A DNA stretch of 64,000 bases from Escherichia coli (GCF_009931435.1 NZ_CP043415.1); one strand, 5' to 3'; counted from the stretch's first letter, positions 10,441-21,685 are shown. Program-made: numbers and translations. The notes: generated by a model not told the origin, from the sequence alone.

Positions 10441-11078
10441 TTCCCGGAATCTCCTTTCCCTGCCAGTAAATCATGAGCCACCTGCCGGCAGTCACCCGTG
10501 GCGGCCACTTTCTCCAGCGCCTGGCCGACCCGCAGGTTTCCCCGGATGATGTCGTATCCCTGACTGCAGAACACCACCAGTGCCGGTACAGTGCGAATGC
10601 CGTACTGTGAAAACAGCGTCGGGTCGATCTGAACACCATCAGTCGCGCCGTCTTTCACCAGGGACAACACAGCTTCAGCGGTGGTCTTCAGGTCATTGTT
10701 CACCATGCCCCGCAGTGTGGCCGGAATACCGTAGTGCCGGGTTTCGCCCAGCATTCGTTTCAGCCCCTCTTCGGGAATGGAAAACGACACAAAATACAGA
10801 GCACCCTGCCGGGGTTTCCCGTCCTGCGAAGCCTGCTGTTTACGAACCAGCTCATCCAGGAAATGGTTATCTGAACGCTGAAGGGGGTTTTCCAGCACCT
10901 GTTTCTCCGCCCAGGCTTTCAGCTGATGGTCAGGTTTTTCACGCAGTTGTCTGCTTAAATTTTCCTGCTGCTTCAGGAACTGGCGGTTTTCAGGAGTGTT
11001 CACGTTTTCTGACGCCATAACCGCCCCGTTCAGCATCATCAGCAGTGCTGCCAGAGATTTCATACTCAGCTTCATCAT
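10437..11078 (-). CDS. trbC: TrbC periplasmic pilus assembly protein
   Basis: 213 aa with signal peptide; sits between traU and traN. Confidence 0.85.
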   Translation of the reverse strand: MMKLSMKSLAALLMMLNGAVMASENVNTPENRQFLKQQENLSRQLREKPDHQLKAWAEKQVLENPLQRSDNHFLDELVRKQQASQDGKPRQGALYFVSFSIPEEGLKRMLGETRHYGIPATLRGMVNNDLKTTAEAVLSLVKDGATDGVQIDPTLFSQYGIRTVPALVVFCSQGYDIIRGNLRVGQALEKVAATGDCRQVAHDLLAGKGDSGK

Positions 11079-11083
11079 TCACC

Positions 11084-12076
11084 TCACAGGAAGACACAGT
11101 TACGTTTACGCCACATCAGGTAGCCGAAGTTTTTCTTTGTGTTGGGCGGATTTTTCCCGGTTTCCCAGCGGGTCACGCTGCGCCCGAACGGGTGGCACTG
11201 CCCGCTGTCCGGGTACATATTCACCATCTGGTAACGCCAGCGTTCTTTGGGCAGGATTGGGGACGGATATTCATTACAGACGGCGTTATTTTTCCCGATG
11301 GTTTCCATAATCATGCCCTGACGGTGCAGCTTGAACGCCATGCGTTCACTGACCAGCAGGGAGGACTGCAACGGACTGGACTCATTACTCACCCAGCCAT
11401 TGAACGGGTACATACTGCCCTGCGAACCGGCACACCAGAACAGAACATCGAGAGGCATATTAAAGGCGCTGGCAATCGCATCTGCTGCACAGGCCCCCTG
11501 TGCTATCGGATTGGCAAAGATGACAGCTTCCGGATTGAGAATGGTGGTCAGGCTGCTGTCCGTCCAGGTGGGGTCGATTTCAGAAAGATAAGCGATATCC
11601 AGGTCACCACCTTCCAGACAGCCCAGCGATGTGATGATGTTAAGCCAGTACGTCAGCGGGTATTTGTACCAGTGAACGTGATAGAACGCCCCGTTCACCT
11701 GCTTCTCATCCTTTTTCGCCGTTCCCTGTGCCGTTTTACCAAAAGCCGGCAGGCTGAAGCCCAGGTTCACCATGCATCCCGGTGATCGGGTGACGTCCGT
11801 CAGCGCCATCGGCTCCCAGTAACCAATGGCCAGCCCGATACGCCTGAACAGCGGCGGCGGTGCCGGACAAATCTGAATGGGCATCGACGGGTTCGCCGTG
11901 TCGGGGACCTTACCCTGACTGACTTTGATACTGCCCAGCGAGAGCGGGAAAATACAGCTCCAGCAGATATCCGTGATCGGGTTTACAAAACGCCCCTCAC
12001 AGGCAGAATCCGCAGACGCTGCAGGGACATGACCGGCGAGAAGGAATAACATCAGCAGCCACAGGCTTCGCTTCAT
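11084..12076 (-). CDS. traU: TraU pilus assembly / DNA transfer protein
   Basis: 330 aa, as F TraU; signal peptide MKRSLWLLMLFLLAGHVPAASA. Confidence 0.9.
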   Translation of the reverse strand: MKRSLWLLMLFLLAGHVPAASADSACEGRFVNPITDICWSCIFPLSLGSIKVSQGKVPDTANPSMPIQICPAPPPLFRRIGLAIGYWEPMALTDVTRSPGCMVNLGFSLPAFGKTAQGTAKKDEKQVNGAFYHVHWYKYPLTYWLNIITSLGCLEGGDLDIAYLSEIDPTWTDSSLTTILNPEAVIFANPIAQGACAADAIASAFNMPLDVLFWCAGSQGSMYPFNGWVSNESSPLQSSLLVSERMAFKLHRQGMIMETIGKNNAVCNEYPSPILPKERWRYQMVNMYPDSGQCHPFGRSVTRWETGKNPPNTKKNFGYLMWRKRNCVFL

Positions 12077-12705
12077 TTTCTGCCCTCCTCTGCCGGAATA
12101 AATTCCACCTTCAGGAAGCGATCGCCGGGAACGGCGCTCACCCGTGCCGGGACCTGATCAATGCCGAGGCGCTGGCAGAGCACACCGTTCTGGTCAAAGT
12201 AAACACGGCTGTCCAGAGACTTCTGCATCTCCGGGATACTGCCCTGCACGAGGATAATTTTGCTCTCCAGTATGGGCGGCGTCTGGCGTTTCATCCAGGC
12301 CACCTGCGCCGGATCATCGCCATTGATGAAATACAGCGTCTGGTTAAAAGGAACATACTGCAGCGGATTCATCACTTCACCCTGACGGGCAAACACCCGC
12401 CCTTCGTTATCCCGGATATCCGCAGCCAGTCTGACGGACGGGTCAAACAACCGGCTGCCGTATTTCTCCGTGCGTCCGATACCGGGCACGGCAGGGGGCC
12501 GCAGACTGTTGCGGATCACCCGCTCCTTAAAGGCATCCATTTTCCGGCCCATCTCACCGGACTGCTCCAGTGCCGTCAGGCGCTGCATGATCACCGTCAG
12601 CATGTCCGGCTCCTTTACCGGCCACAGATCGCCCCAGGTACCAAGATCGGCGGCGGCCACACTCTGCCCCCATATCAGCAGGGCAATCAGCCCCCGGCAT
12701 CTCAT
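12073..12705 (-). CDS. traW: TraW pilus assembly protein
   Basis: Start set at MRCRGLIALLIWGQSVAA (210 aa, as in F); overlaps the trbI stop. ORF track extends it to 12819. Confidence 0.85.
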   Translation of the reverse strand: MRCRGLIALLIWGQSVAAADLGTWGDLWPVKEPDMLTVIMQRLTALEQSGEMGRKMDAFKERVIRNSLRPPAVPGIGRTEKYGSRLFDPSVRLAADIRDNEGRVFARQGEVMNPLQYVPFNQTLYFINGDDPAQVAWMKRQTPPILESKIILVQGSIPEMQKSLDSRVYFDQNGVLCQRLGIDQVPARVSAVPGDRFLKVEFIPAEEGRK

Positions 12706-13088
12706 GGTTCCGCCCTCATTCGCCGGGCAATATCCTGCTGGATTTCCCGGGTGATATCCGGTGCCCCCTGTACCACAGCAGGCGACACCAGAATGACCGC
12801 GTGGTGTTTCTGCTGCCACGCCTGCAGGCTGGCTTCCAGTGCCGTGTTAAAACGCGCTGAAAGGGCTTTTGACTGCGCTTCTGACAGTTGTTTCTGACTG
12901 GCGCTGTCAAAAAACGCATCCACGGTCTGTTTCATGTTGAAGGCGACAGTCACCGGTGCGTTCAGTCTGACAATGCCGTAACTGACGGCTGCGTTCAGTA
13001 ACACCATTGCCAGGCATCCCGGCACCGTCCACCACCAGTGGCTGCGTCGTTCTGCCGTGACGTCGGCGGGTTTCTGCGTTGAACTCAT
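12702..13088 (-). CDS. trbI: TrbI inner-membrane protein
   Basis: 128 aa between traC and traW, as in F. Confidence 0.85.
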   Translation of the reverse strand: MSSTQKPADVTAERRSHWWWTVPGCLAMVLLNAAVSYGIVRLNAPVTVAFNMKQTVDAFFDSASQKQLSEAQSKALSARFNTALEASLQAWQQKHHAVILVSPAVVQGAPDITREIQQDIARRMRAEP

Positions 13089-15712
13089 GCCACACTCCTG
13101 TATTTCTCATGTTCTTCCAGCCAGGCTTCCAGCGAAGCCATTTCCGGCCCTGACTTCTTCCACGCCAGCTGCCACACTGCCTCATGAATACTCAGCCCCT
13201 CTTTACGCTTCTGCTGCACAAACTCAAAATCCGGGCCGTCAGAGCTGTACATGGCGCGGCTTAACGGGTCCACAAACAGACGGTGCCAGGAGGAATGGTT
13301 TTCCACCTGCAGCAGGAAGGAACTGAACCACTGGTCTTTGGCCGCACCAAACTTACCAATCATGTCGCGCTGCAGTGGCAGGAACTGGTCCGGATACAGT
13401 TGGTTGTATTTCGCGAACTCCTTCGCACTCTGTTTGAGGATAATTTTGTAGGAGGAGTTACCCCATGCCGCGCGGGCAGCACTGGAGGCCTTATCAGAGT
13501 CAAAGTCGACGATGTTCTGTGTGATGGTGATATAGGCACCGGTATGACGGCGGGCCGTACGGTAGCCCTTCTCAATAAATTCACCGACCTTGTGATTTTT
13601 GAAGTCCAGCAGACGCCAGCCTTCATCAATAACGTTCAGTTTCTTGAGGTTACGCGGCGTGCGGTACATCCTGTTCTCGATGTAGATAATCAGGGAGAAC
13701 ATCACCGCAACCAGCAGTGACGGACGGTCTTCCAGTCCGCCCAGCTCCAGCACCACCATTTTTGCGTCATCCCGCAGGGACGGCTCATCAGAGTTAAAAT
13801 ACTGGCCGTAAGTGCCGTTGGCAGTGTACTGGTCAAGCAGCACAATCATTTCGTCCAGACGGCTGCGGATAGTCGGTGACTCGGCATACTGCTCGCTGTC
13901 ACTGGCGTTTTTCAGGAAATCCACCACGTCATCAATACGTGCTCTGTTCTCTTTGGCCAGCCAGGAGGCTCTGACCGCCTGCAACAGCAGACCTTCATGC
14001 ACTTCATCCAGGTTACCGTTGGGGCTGGCCATCACTGACAACTGGTCACGGACACGCTCCGCTGACTGGTCAATATCGGTGATGTTCGCAAACGGGTTAA
14101 AACGCAGGGTTTCACCGTCCAGATACACCCCGCCCATGTTCTCACACAGGGACTTGTATCCATCCCCCATGTCGAACACCACGGCAAAGCCTCCGGAGTC
14201 CAGCACGCTGCGGATAAGTGGCTGTATCAGCCCGGTTTTACCGGCCCCGGAGGTGCCACAGACCGCCATGTTGTAGTTGGTGTTATTCATCCCCCGGAAG
14301 AAAATATCGATAAACGCCAGCTGGTTACGGTAGGTGGGTGCCAGCAGACCTGCCGGTGTCAGGGGGTTATCCGCCACTAACGGCATCAGGTTGGCAACAT
14401 TAAAGCTCTCTGCGCGCTGAACCACTCCGGCCTCTTTCAGCTGTTTAAACAGCCCTTTCCCGGCCATAAAGGGCAGGCAGGTCAGGAAATTGCGCATGTG
14501 GTTAAAGCGCGGTGAAATCAGCTCAAAACCGTTTTTACGAAAGCTGTTCAGGATGTCCTGCTCCACTTCCAGTGCCGTTTCATTATTGTCCTTGCAGAAG
14601 GCTGTGATGTTGAGGAAGTAGGACACGACAGAGGACTGACCGGAGCCCAGCCGCTGACGCAGTTCCCCCCACTCCTTCGCCTCTTTCTCCACGGACGGAA
14701 ACCATTTGGCATAGGAGGTCTTCGACTTTTTCTCCAGGTCCATGTACTTCAGGTTGGCTTCGCTGTGGGTTTTCACCTGGTCTTCCACCACCAGAGTCAG
14801 CGTCAGGATGAACGGACAGGAGATGGACAGTTCCGGGTTCAGCAGGTTGCTGTAGTTGTCGGCCATGTTCCACAGGAAGGCGATTTCCGGGTTACGGGCC
14901 AGATGGAAATTCAGGATGCGGGCCGTGCTGTTCCTGCCGTTCTCACGCAGGCCCAGCGTCAGGTAATCAGCCCGGACTTTCAGATCAAAACTGTCCTCCA
15001 CACACTGATAATTCAGATCAGAATACGGGTCCAGCTGACGTCTTTTCGGGTACAGGGAATCCGGGTTATGGTTAATCATCTCCCCGACAATATCGATAAA
15101 GGCCTGTGCATCCACCGTCTGTGTGGTGATACTGGCCCCCTGTAACGACGCCCGGATGATTTTCACCAGGTTTTCCATTTCCAGAATGTCGGCCCGGCTT
15201 TTTTTCTTCGAGGGAGAACAGTACGAGATAAACACCCGGTAATGGCGCAGGGTCAGGGGCAGATTCATTCCCTCCGGCAGCGGAAACTGTGTCGCTGCCG
15301 CTTTCATATAATAGGCCCGGGTAATGGCGTTAAACCGTTCAGCCTGTTCACCTGACCAGGAGAACTCACGCAGCCCGTATTCAATCCTGTCACCAACCAG
15401 CTGACTGGACATCAGATGGATACACAACGGAATACCGCGCGGCAGTTTGGTGCGCAGCATGTGATCGAGGGCCTCCACAATGGACTCATTCGCCCCATTG
15501 ATGGGGATGGCTTCCAGCATAAAGCCCATCGTGGTGTCATTCATGAACAGACCGGATTCCTGGTTGTAATCACGGTACGGCAGCAGACGGCTGAACTGCG
15601 GGAAGCTCATTTCGCCCAGAACTTCATTGGCCTTTGCGGATTCGTCAGGCAGTTTCAGTGCTGTGACGAGGGAGTTAACCGCCTGAGTGACGGCCTCAAG
15701 TGGGTTATTCAC
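13085..15712 (-). CDS. traC: TraC type IV secretion ATPase (VirB4 family)
   Basis: 875-aa translation is near-identical to F TraC along its whole length (MNNPLEAVTQAVNSLVTALKLPDES...); Walker A GTSGAGKT. Confidence 0.97.
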   Translation of the reverse strand: MNNPLEAVTQAVNSLVTALKLPDESAKANEVLGEMSFPQFSRLLPYRDYNQESGLFMNDTTMGFMLEAIPINGANESIVEALDHMLRTKLPRGIPLCIHLMSSQLVGDRIEYGLREFSWSGEQAERFNAITRAYYMKAAATQFPLPEGMNLPLTLRHYRVFISYCSPSKKKSRADILEMENLVKIIRASLQGASITTQTVDAQAFIDIVGEMINHNPDSLYPKRRQLDPYSDLNYQCVEDSFDLKVRADYLTLGLRENGRNSTARILNFHLARNPEIAFLWNMADNYSNLLNPELSISCPFILTLTLVVEDQVKTHSEANLKYMDLEKKSKTSYAKWFPSVEKEAKEWGELRQRLGSGQSSVVSYFLNITAFCKDNNETALEVEQDILNSFRKNGFELISPRFNHMRNFLTCLPFMAGKGLFKQLKEAGVVQRAESFNVANLMPLVADNPLTPAGLLAPTYRNQLAFIDIFFRGMNNTNYNMAVCGTSGAGKTGLIQPLIRSVLDSGGFAVVFDMGDGYKSLCENMGGVYLDGETLRFNPFANITDIDQSAERVRDQLSVMASPNGNLDEVHEGLLLQAVRASWLAKENRARIDDVVDFLKNASDSEQYAESPTIRSRLDEMIVLLDQYTANGTYGQYFNSDEPSLRDDAKMVVLELGGLEDRPSLLVAVMFSLIIYIENRMYRTPRNLKKLNVIDEGWRLLDFKNHKVGEFIEKGYRTARRHTGAYITITQNIVDFDSDKASSAARAAWGNSSYKIILKQSAKEFAKYNQLYPDQFLPLQRDMIGKFGAAKDQWFSSFLLQVENHSSWHRLFVDPLSRAMYSSDGPDFEFVQQKRKEGLSIHEAVWQLAWKKSGPEMASLEAWLEEHEKYRSVA

Positions 15713-15871
15713 ATGAATTCCTTAGTTGAAAAATAAAGCGAGAAATGCGGTAGCCATGAAGGGAATACCTGTAATTAACGCGCCATTTCCCGGCGCATAT
15801 ACAAAGATTTCTGTTTTCTGAATATCCACTCATGTTCATCCGGAATTAAATCACTATGTTCTGCGACTGAC

Positions 15872-16093
15872 TTATGCATAATGTTTTCTCTGTCTTTCCT
15901 GATACGCCTGACATTCAACGCACAACGTCACACCGGGAAATATTTTCCGCCGGGCTTCCGGAATAGGATTTCCGCATGCTTCACAGAGATAAACAGGAAT
16001 ACCATGAGCATTTATTTTCTGGCGTATCCGGTTTATTCCTGTCATGGTCAGTTGTTCTGTCACTGAATATGCTTCATCGGCTTCATCACTCAC
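15872..16093 (-). CDS. traR: TraR, DksA/TraR-family C4 zinc-finger protein
   Basis: 73 aa with CxxC...CxxC; located between traV and traC. Confidence 0.85.
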   Translation of the reverse strand: MSDEADEAYSVTEQLTMTGINRIRQKINAHGIPVYLCEACGNPIPEARRKIFPGVTLCVECQAYQERQRKHYA

Positions 16094-16227
16094 GGAATAT
16101 TCCTCCCGACATGTTCTGACACGCTACCGCCCATCCCTTTTCACGCACAGGGCACTCGTTTTACAGGCAGATTTTGAATACAGAAAGCCCGCCGGCATTG
16201 CCGGCTGATATACAACTTCAGGGCCAG

Positions 16228-16743
16228 TTAATTAATACGTGGTTTTCCCCACGCAGACGGTTTAATAACAAAAAACACGCTGGATGGCTGATGATAAACA
16301 TCCTGGTTATCAATATAAGGCGCTATCCATAATGCTGCCGTCTGCTCACCCGTTCTTAGCGGACGAGGAGGTGTTACCGGCGTAACTGAACTGACCGGAA
16401 CAACCGTTTTCACTTCCCGGGCAGCGGTAAACAGCGGGCGAGGTGCCAGCAGTTTCTGCTCCGGATGTGCTGTCACCGCAGGTCTGCTGCCGGACGGAGT
16501 GGTCGCGGTGACGGTCTGCACCGGCATTGTCCGGAAGTTCCCTTCAGCCAGGCGCGGCAGTGATGCCGCAACCGGCTTTGCTTCTGAGGACTGCTCCAGT
16601 TTTTTGGCCTTCTCATTGGCCTGCTCCATCGTCATACAGGTATCGGATGTGGTGGCGTTACACTCAAATTCCGTACTGGTTCCGGCACAGCCGGAAAGTA
16701 ATAAGGTCCCCAGCAGAGGAATAAAGAAAGAAATCTGTTTCAT
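16228..16743 (-). CDS. traV: TraV outer-membrane lipoprotein
   Basis: 171 aa, lipobox LLSGC, position as in F. Confidence 0.9.
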   Translation of the reverse strand: MKQISFFIPLLGTLLLSGCAGTSTEFECNATTSDTCMTMEQANEKAKKLEQSSEAKPVAASLPRLAEGNFRTMPVQTVTATTPSGSRPAVTAHPEQKLLAPRPLFTAAREVKTVVPVSSVTPVTPPRPLRTGEQTAALWIAPYIDNQDVYHQPSSVFFVIKPSAWGKPRIN

Positions 16744-16991
16744 TGTCCCTCACCTTTCTCATCGCAGTTCACAAAATCCTTCTTCAAATCCCTGACCGTA
16801 CAGGTTTTTACAATGTCAGGATTTTCAAAAACCGTACTCCGTGATGATTTATAAACATATGCCACAATGCGTTTCCCACCCGCATCAGGTTCTGGTGCAC
16901 TGACTTCACATAACGGAGGTGTTATTCCGGACTCATACAGCACCGGATAATTTATTTTTTTGACGCTGCCATCAGAAACCAGCTTATTCAT
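16740..16991 (-). CDS. trbG: TrbG small protein
   Basis: 83-aa ORF between trbD and traV; synteny. Confidence 0.65.
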   Translation of the reverse strand: MNKLVSDGSVKKINYPVLYESGITPPLCEVSAPEPDAGGKRIVAYVYKSSRSTVFENPDIVKTCTVRDLKKDFVNCDEKGEGQ

Positions 16992-17337
16992 CGAAGGGCT
17001 CCTTATATTTCTGAATAATTCTGTCGATTAGTTCTTTCACCGGAACAGATTTTCCGCCACCGGATTGTCCGGCAACCACAATATGCCCCGGAGAAGAAAA
17101 TAAACTCATCGACATACCCTTCTTCATCACACCGACAGCAGCCATATTAAAATTGTCCGGCAATGACTCAGAACCGAATTTCTCCGGTGCAGGAAGTACG
17201 ATTCTTGTGGCGCAGTTACTGAGAACAGCATGCATAAAATCATCTGACACGGTTTTACCCGGCACAGAGAGGGCTGTAATAACATTAATATTACGCATGT
17301 TCATTTTTATCTCCGTTGTTTCTGTTTGTTCTGTCAT
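16984..17337 (-). CDS. trbD: TrbD-like protein (start probably internal)
   Basis: ORF at the trbD position between traP and trbG; contains a P-loop-like GQSGGGKS. Assignment by synteny only. Confidence 0.55.
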   Translation of the reverse strand: MTEQTETTEIKMNMRNINVITALSVPGKTVSDDFMHAVLSNCATRIVLPAPEKFGSESLPDNFNMAAVGVMKKGMSMSLFSSPGHIVVAGQSGGGKSVPVKELIDRIIQKYKEPFDE

Positions 17338-17881
17338 CAGGAAGATAAACAGGGCATTTCCTGATTTTTCCCGGCAGGGAAGCGTCTTCCGTATAAACTT
17401 CCTTCAGATGTTCATCTGCGGTTACCACCCGGATACATTTCATTTTTCCGGGTCGCACCGGATATTTCCCGGTGATCGCTGCCAGCGAGACATACATCAG
17501 TGCCAGTGTTGCCCATAATGCGGTGACCAGTTGCATCAGTGACCGGTCAGTCTCCCTGACATAATCTGCAGCATCAGCCGCGCGGTAATGGCAGATATCC
17601 TGTATTTCTGATCTGCCTGAAGAATCAGAGGAAGAAAACCAGCATTCACTGACCGGGAACTGTCCGGCAGGTGCTGTTTGTCTTACGAAGTTAATCTCCT
17701 TAACCAGTAATTTCCCCGGCGTGGTGTTGTCCTTCCATAAAACAAACAGAGCCATCAGGGCCATTGTGGCCAGTGGCAGAATGACGGTGTACTTCAGACA
17801 CCAGAACAGTCCTCGCAGAACCCGGGCGACAACATACCGGGCGGCATGGCACGCCTGACGGGACGACATATTATTTGCCAT
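17291..17881 (-). CDS. traP: TraP inner-membrane protein
   Basis: 196 aa, membrane protein immediately downstream of traB. Confidence 0.8.
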   Translation of the reverse strand: MANNMSSRQACHAARYVVARVLRGLFWCLKYTVILPLATMALMALFVLWKDNTTPGKLLVKEINFVRQTAPAGQFPVSECWFSSSDSSGRSEIQDICHYRAADAADYVRETDRSLMQLVTALWATLALMYVSLAAITGKYPVRPGKMKCIRVVTADEHLKEVYTEDASLPGKIRKCPVYLPDDRTNRNNGDKNEHA

Positions 17882-19298
17882 CGTTGCCCCCTCCCTGGCT
17901 GCCGGACATAAACTGCTGCGGATTCAGGTTGCCCAGCTGCTTCAGCATCTGGTCAGTATTAAAGCCGTTAAGATGACTTTCAGCCGATGGCGGAACAGGA
18001 ACCGGACTTTCCGGATTGTCTTCTTCCGCTCTGCTCTGCGTGCGTTCCAGCGCCATCTCTTCCACGGTTTTCAGCTGGAAGCCGTCCTGGAACACCACGG
18101 TCACTTCGTTGCCCGCACCAATCGGTATCACCGGGTGATACTGTTCGGCACGTTTGATGTAGTAGTCACTGAGCGTCTGTGCGGCTTTCGATGCGCCGCC
18201 ACCGATACCCATTTTCAGGACATCACCAGCCCCGTAAGCGGCTGTGGCACCCAGCCCGACAGCCGGCTGGGAGGCGCGCTCCATTCCCTGACCGATACCG
18301 TCAACAAATCCCGCGCCCCATGCCCAGCCGAGGATTTTGCCGTTACGCATCACCACTTCGCCCTTGATACCGTTTTTACCCCGGAAGCTGACATGCCCCT
18401 TAATCGGCATATCAATAGTTTTGCCGTCCTTCAGGCAACTGATATTGCGGGTGCGTACAATGGCACGCTCACTGGACACATCCCCCCAGGCTTCCAGACC
18501 CACAAAACATCCCGTTGCGTCATACGTCTTGCTGTTCGGCATTTCCACCAGGCCGGTGATACGCAGCTGCATCGGCACCGTGGATTCATTACCGGTGACA
18601 GAGGCATTGGCATCCGCCCCTTCAATCAGCATGGCTTTCGCAAAACTTCCTGACGGAATGTACGGCAGTGATGGTCCCTGTTTTCCCTCATTACGGGTAA
18701 ACACCTTACGCTGTATCCGGTTAGGCACCGGCACAGACTGGTACGTCACCTGTGGTGGTGGCGTGACACCATTCCCGGGATAAAACGCCGTCGGCGGTGG
18801 AACAGCAACGCTGCCCTGCGGCGGGAAGGATACGGGGGTGTTTCCTGGCTGTGGTTCGCCTTCCGGGCCGGGCGGTGAGGCAGGCATCTGCGGTACAGGC
18901 TCACCGGTCGCCGTGACGGGATTAGCACCCAGGGCTTTTACCTGCTCTGCCAGGGCGGCATTGTCCTGTCCCAACTTTTCAATACGACGCTGGTCATCAC
19001 CGCGCTGTTTGTTCAGAACATCCAGCTCACGACGGATTTCCTCATACTGCTTCTGCATCTGCGCTGCCGTCACCTGCATCTCGGTGGTGGCATGCTGACG
19101 CACCTTGTCATCAAAGGTCGTATCCACCACACCGGTCATATCCGGCACAGGCTCCTGTTCAGCCACGGTTTCACCGTTACCGGACATGTCCACATCAGAC
19201 AGATACAGTGCCCCACCAATCGCGGAGGCTGTACCGACAACCACAATCCCCAGCCACAGGTACTGCTTGCGTTTCACAATGGTATTGATACTGGCCAT
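17871..19298 (-). CDS. traB: TraB (VirB10-like) secretion channel protein
   Basis: 475 aa, proline-rich linker, N-terminal TM segment; F TraB length and position. Confidence 0.9.
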   Translation of the reverse strand: MASINTIVKRKQYLWLGIVVVGTASAIGGALYLSDVDMSGNGETVAEQEPVPDMTGVVDTTFDDKVRQHATTEMQVTAAQMQKQYEEIRRELDVLNKQRGDDQRRIEKLGQDNAALAEQVKALGANPVTATGEPVPQMPASPPGPEGEPQPGNTPVSFPPQGSVAVPPPTAFYPGNGVTPPPQVTYQSVPVPNRIQRKVFTRNEGKQGPSLPYIPSGSFAKAMLIEGADANASVTGNESTVPMQLRITGLVEMPNSKTYDATGCFVGLEAWGDVSSERAIVRTRNISCLKDGKTIDMPIKGHVSFRGKNGIKGEVVMRNGKILGWAWGAGFVDGIGQGMERASQPAVGLGATAAYGAGDVLKMGIGGGASKAAQTLSDYYIKRAEQYHPVIPIGAGNEVTVVFQDGFQLKTVEEMALERTQSRAEEDNPESPVPVPPSAESHLNGFNTDQMLKQLGNLNPQQFMSGSQGGGNDGK

Positions 19299-20026
19299 CA
19301 GTTGCCCTCCCCGTCACGGATGACATACACATCCATGCGCGCACCTGCCAGTAACTGGCTGGCAGGCTGGCTGAACATCACGGCACGGGTTCCCGGCTGC
19401 CAGAAGTCACTTTCCCGGATATTCAGGGCAGACAGCGTTTTATTTTCCACGGCAAAGCGGACCATCTTCAGGTGATTCCCCGTCCATACGGCATCTGCCA
19501 CTGAAGACAGCCCCGCCGGGGCCTGCAGGGTTTCCTTTGTCACTGGGACCTGATACCAGCCTGCGGGTAATTTTCCGCCACGGACGGCCTGGCTGATGGT
19601 CACAAGCAGGGATTCGTAAGGCGTGGACGTTTCCCACGCACCGGCTTCTTCTCCGGTTCCGCGCAGGTCACTGACCAGCTGAATGGTACGCCCCGCGCCT
19701 TCACGGGGAACGGCCTGAATGGAAAGATTCAGACCACGTTCTGTTTCCAGAATGAACGTAAAGGGCTTTTTGTTGACGGTGGCAACCACCACACCGCCGG
19801 AGGCGGTCTGCTCATTATTGGTCAGGGCACCATCCAGACTGTTCACGGCGATAATCCGGTCACCGGGAACGGTAAACAGATTCGGGCTGGTATTGCTGAT
19901 GGCAATACTGGCCTGACCACCGTTCACCATTGGCACCACGGTGGGGGCCAGCGTACCGTTTGCGGCCATCACGCTGCAGGAAAAAAACAGGCTGCCGAAT
20001 ATTATTGCCGTATTATTTTTTCTCAT
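19298..20026 (-). CDS. traK: TraK (VirB9-like) secretin-like protein
   Basis: 242 aa with signal peptide; between traE and traB. Confidence 0.9.
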   Translation of the reverse strand: MRKNNTAIIFGSLFFSCSVMAANGTLAPTVVPMVNGGQASIAISNTSPNLFTVPGDRIIAVNSLDGALTNNEQTASGGVVVATVNKKPFTFILETERGLNLSIQAVPREGAGRTIQLVSDLRGTGEEAGAWETSTPYESLLVTISQAVRGGKLPAGWYQVPVTKETLQAPAGLSSVADAVWTGNHLKMVRFAVENKTLSALNIRESDFWQPGTRAVMFSQPASQLLAGARMDVYVIRDGEGN

Positions 20027-20579
20027 CGTCTGTTTCCCCGAAATTATCCAGCCAGGTCACCCCGTTTTCCCGCTTCAGAATAAGGATGTAATGTTTGATA
20101 TCAGTGAAAGGTTTTGAATCACCAATCCAGGTTTTAAGCACACCTCGAATTTCCACACGGCCATACTGAGGCCAGACACGAACACTGGTCTGGAAAAAGG
20201 CTGAGTTCACGTTATCGTTTTTAATACGCTTCGCTTCTTCAGCCAGAATAACTTTCATCTGGTTCTGTGCGCCCGGGCGGATATATTGCAGAAGCGCCTG
20301 ATGTGAGGCATCGGCGGTTTCTGATGAAACATTCAGACGGAGGGCAATAAATGACAGCGCCATCTGCTGTAAATAAGAGGCGTCGGCACTGTTCTGTGAC
20401 ACGGCAAAGGGGGCATTAAATGCCATTGGCGTCACGGCAGTGCGTTGCTCATTCTGAAGACGGTAGTTATTCACCCCCTGAATGACGTTAACAGAGAGGC
20501 TGAGAACAATAAGCACTGACATAAATATAAAGGCGATGGCCATTACACGACTGGTACTTAAACGGGCACCGTGTTCCAT
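20013..20579 (-). CDS. traE: TraE (VirB5/8-like) pilus assembly protein
   Basis: 188 aa, N-terminal TM anchor; position as in F. Confidence 0.9.
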   Translation of the reverse strand: MEHGARLSTSRVMAIAFIFMSVLIVLSLSVNVIQGVNNYRLQNEQRTAVTPMAFNAPFAVSQNSADASYLQQMALSFIALRLNVSSETADASHQALLQYIRPGAQNQMKVILAEEAKRIKNDNVNSAFFQTSVRVWPQYGRVEIRGVLKTWIGDSKPFTDIKHYILILKRENGVTWLDNFGETDDEKK

Positions 20580-20600
20580 ATAACAATCCTGGTATCAGTT

Positions 20601-20912
20601 CTATTTAATCCACTGCCGGAAACACGAATCGGGAACATTATGAAAAATACCGCGCAGCAGGGCTGTTGGCATATACCAGTAAATCAGGTCACGTAACCAG
20701 GAACTGCCCCGCCCTTTTTTCAGTTTTTTAATCCCGAAATAAACCAGAACCGCTGCACCAATACCGAACAGATATTTCGATGTTGTGATACCCCAGCCAA
20801 TACAGATTGCTGCGGGGATCAGTTCATCCAGTGGCAGGCCAAACCAGCGGCTCTGGTTGGTCAGTGTTTCCGGGAAACGATATTTCTTAAGTTTATTCTC
20901 GTCTCCCGACAT
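20601..20912 (-). CDS. traL: TraL (VirB3-like) pilus assembly protein
   Basis: Small membrane protein immediately downstream of traA. Confidence 0.85.
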
Positions 20913-20926
20913 CGTTTTATTTCCTG

Positions 20927-21292
20927 TCAGAGGCCAACGACGGCCATACCCACAGCAATAAATACAGAGATGATGGCAAAACCGGCCAGGAACTTGACGT
21001 TTTTGGTCATCATGTACATGACCGCACCGACCAGAACTTCAGCCAGAACAACCCATTTAACAACACTGGAGTCCTTACCGAAGGTCGCCTTAACCGTGGT
21101 GTTACCACTTGCCATCAGGTCCTGACCACTGCTGCCGGCGGCCATCGCCAGCTGCGGGAAGAACATCATCAGAACAGCAGCCGGGATCACAGCGCGAGCC
21201 AGGCGAAGCATATTCAGACGAGTGAATTTAGAAAAAAACGACTTCTTTTTGACGGGCGCAGAAACACCCTGAACACTTAAAACGGCGTCCAT
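20927..21292 (-). CDS. traA: TraA propilin (F-type pilin precursor)
   Basis: 121 aa; mature region [70 protein letters not shown] matches F pilin; N-terminus [11 protein letters not shown] is an allelic variant. Confidence 0.95.
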
Positions 21293-21334
21293 ATGATTCC
21301 TCTGTTTAATATTGATAGTGAAAAATAAAACTCT

Positions 21335-21550
21335 TTATATATCGTCTATGCTTTCAGCTTCCTCCTTTACTAAAGATGCATTATAAAAGTCTGGAAAACG
21401 ATTGAGATGATCTTTTAGTCTAATGAACACCTCATTAGTTTTTGTTCTTCCGCTACGATCTCTAGCTGCTAAAAGTTTCTGATTGGTTGTCTCATCCAGT
21501 ATTAATAAGACTTTGTTACCCGGTGCGGCTCTGGTTCTCCCTCTGCTCAC
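21335..21550 (-). CDS. traY: TraY ribbon-helix-helix oriT-binding protein (short, R100-type); GTG start
   Basis: 71-aa ORF directly upstream of traA, starting at GTG preceded by GGAGGAAAC. Confidence 0.8.
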   Translation of the reverse strand: MSRGRTRAAPGNKVLLILDETTNQKLLAARDRSGRTKTNEVFIRLKDHLNRFPDFYNASLVKEEAESIDDI

Positions 21551-21685
21551 GTTTCCTCCGCATAATTACTTGAGATAATAAAATATAATCATATAAATCA
21601 TCTTTAATGAAAACAAAAATAGAGTAAATTATATTAACAAAAACGGGAACCAATGGTTCCCGCAAAGTAACAATAAGTTAACAGC

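Noticed and set aside
16984-17337. P-loop-like motif GQSGGGKS in the trbD-position ORF
   Set aside because: A single short motif in a small protein at a syntenic tra position; insufficient to propose a new ATPase.
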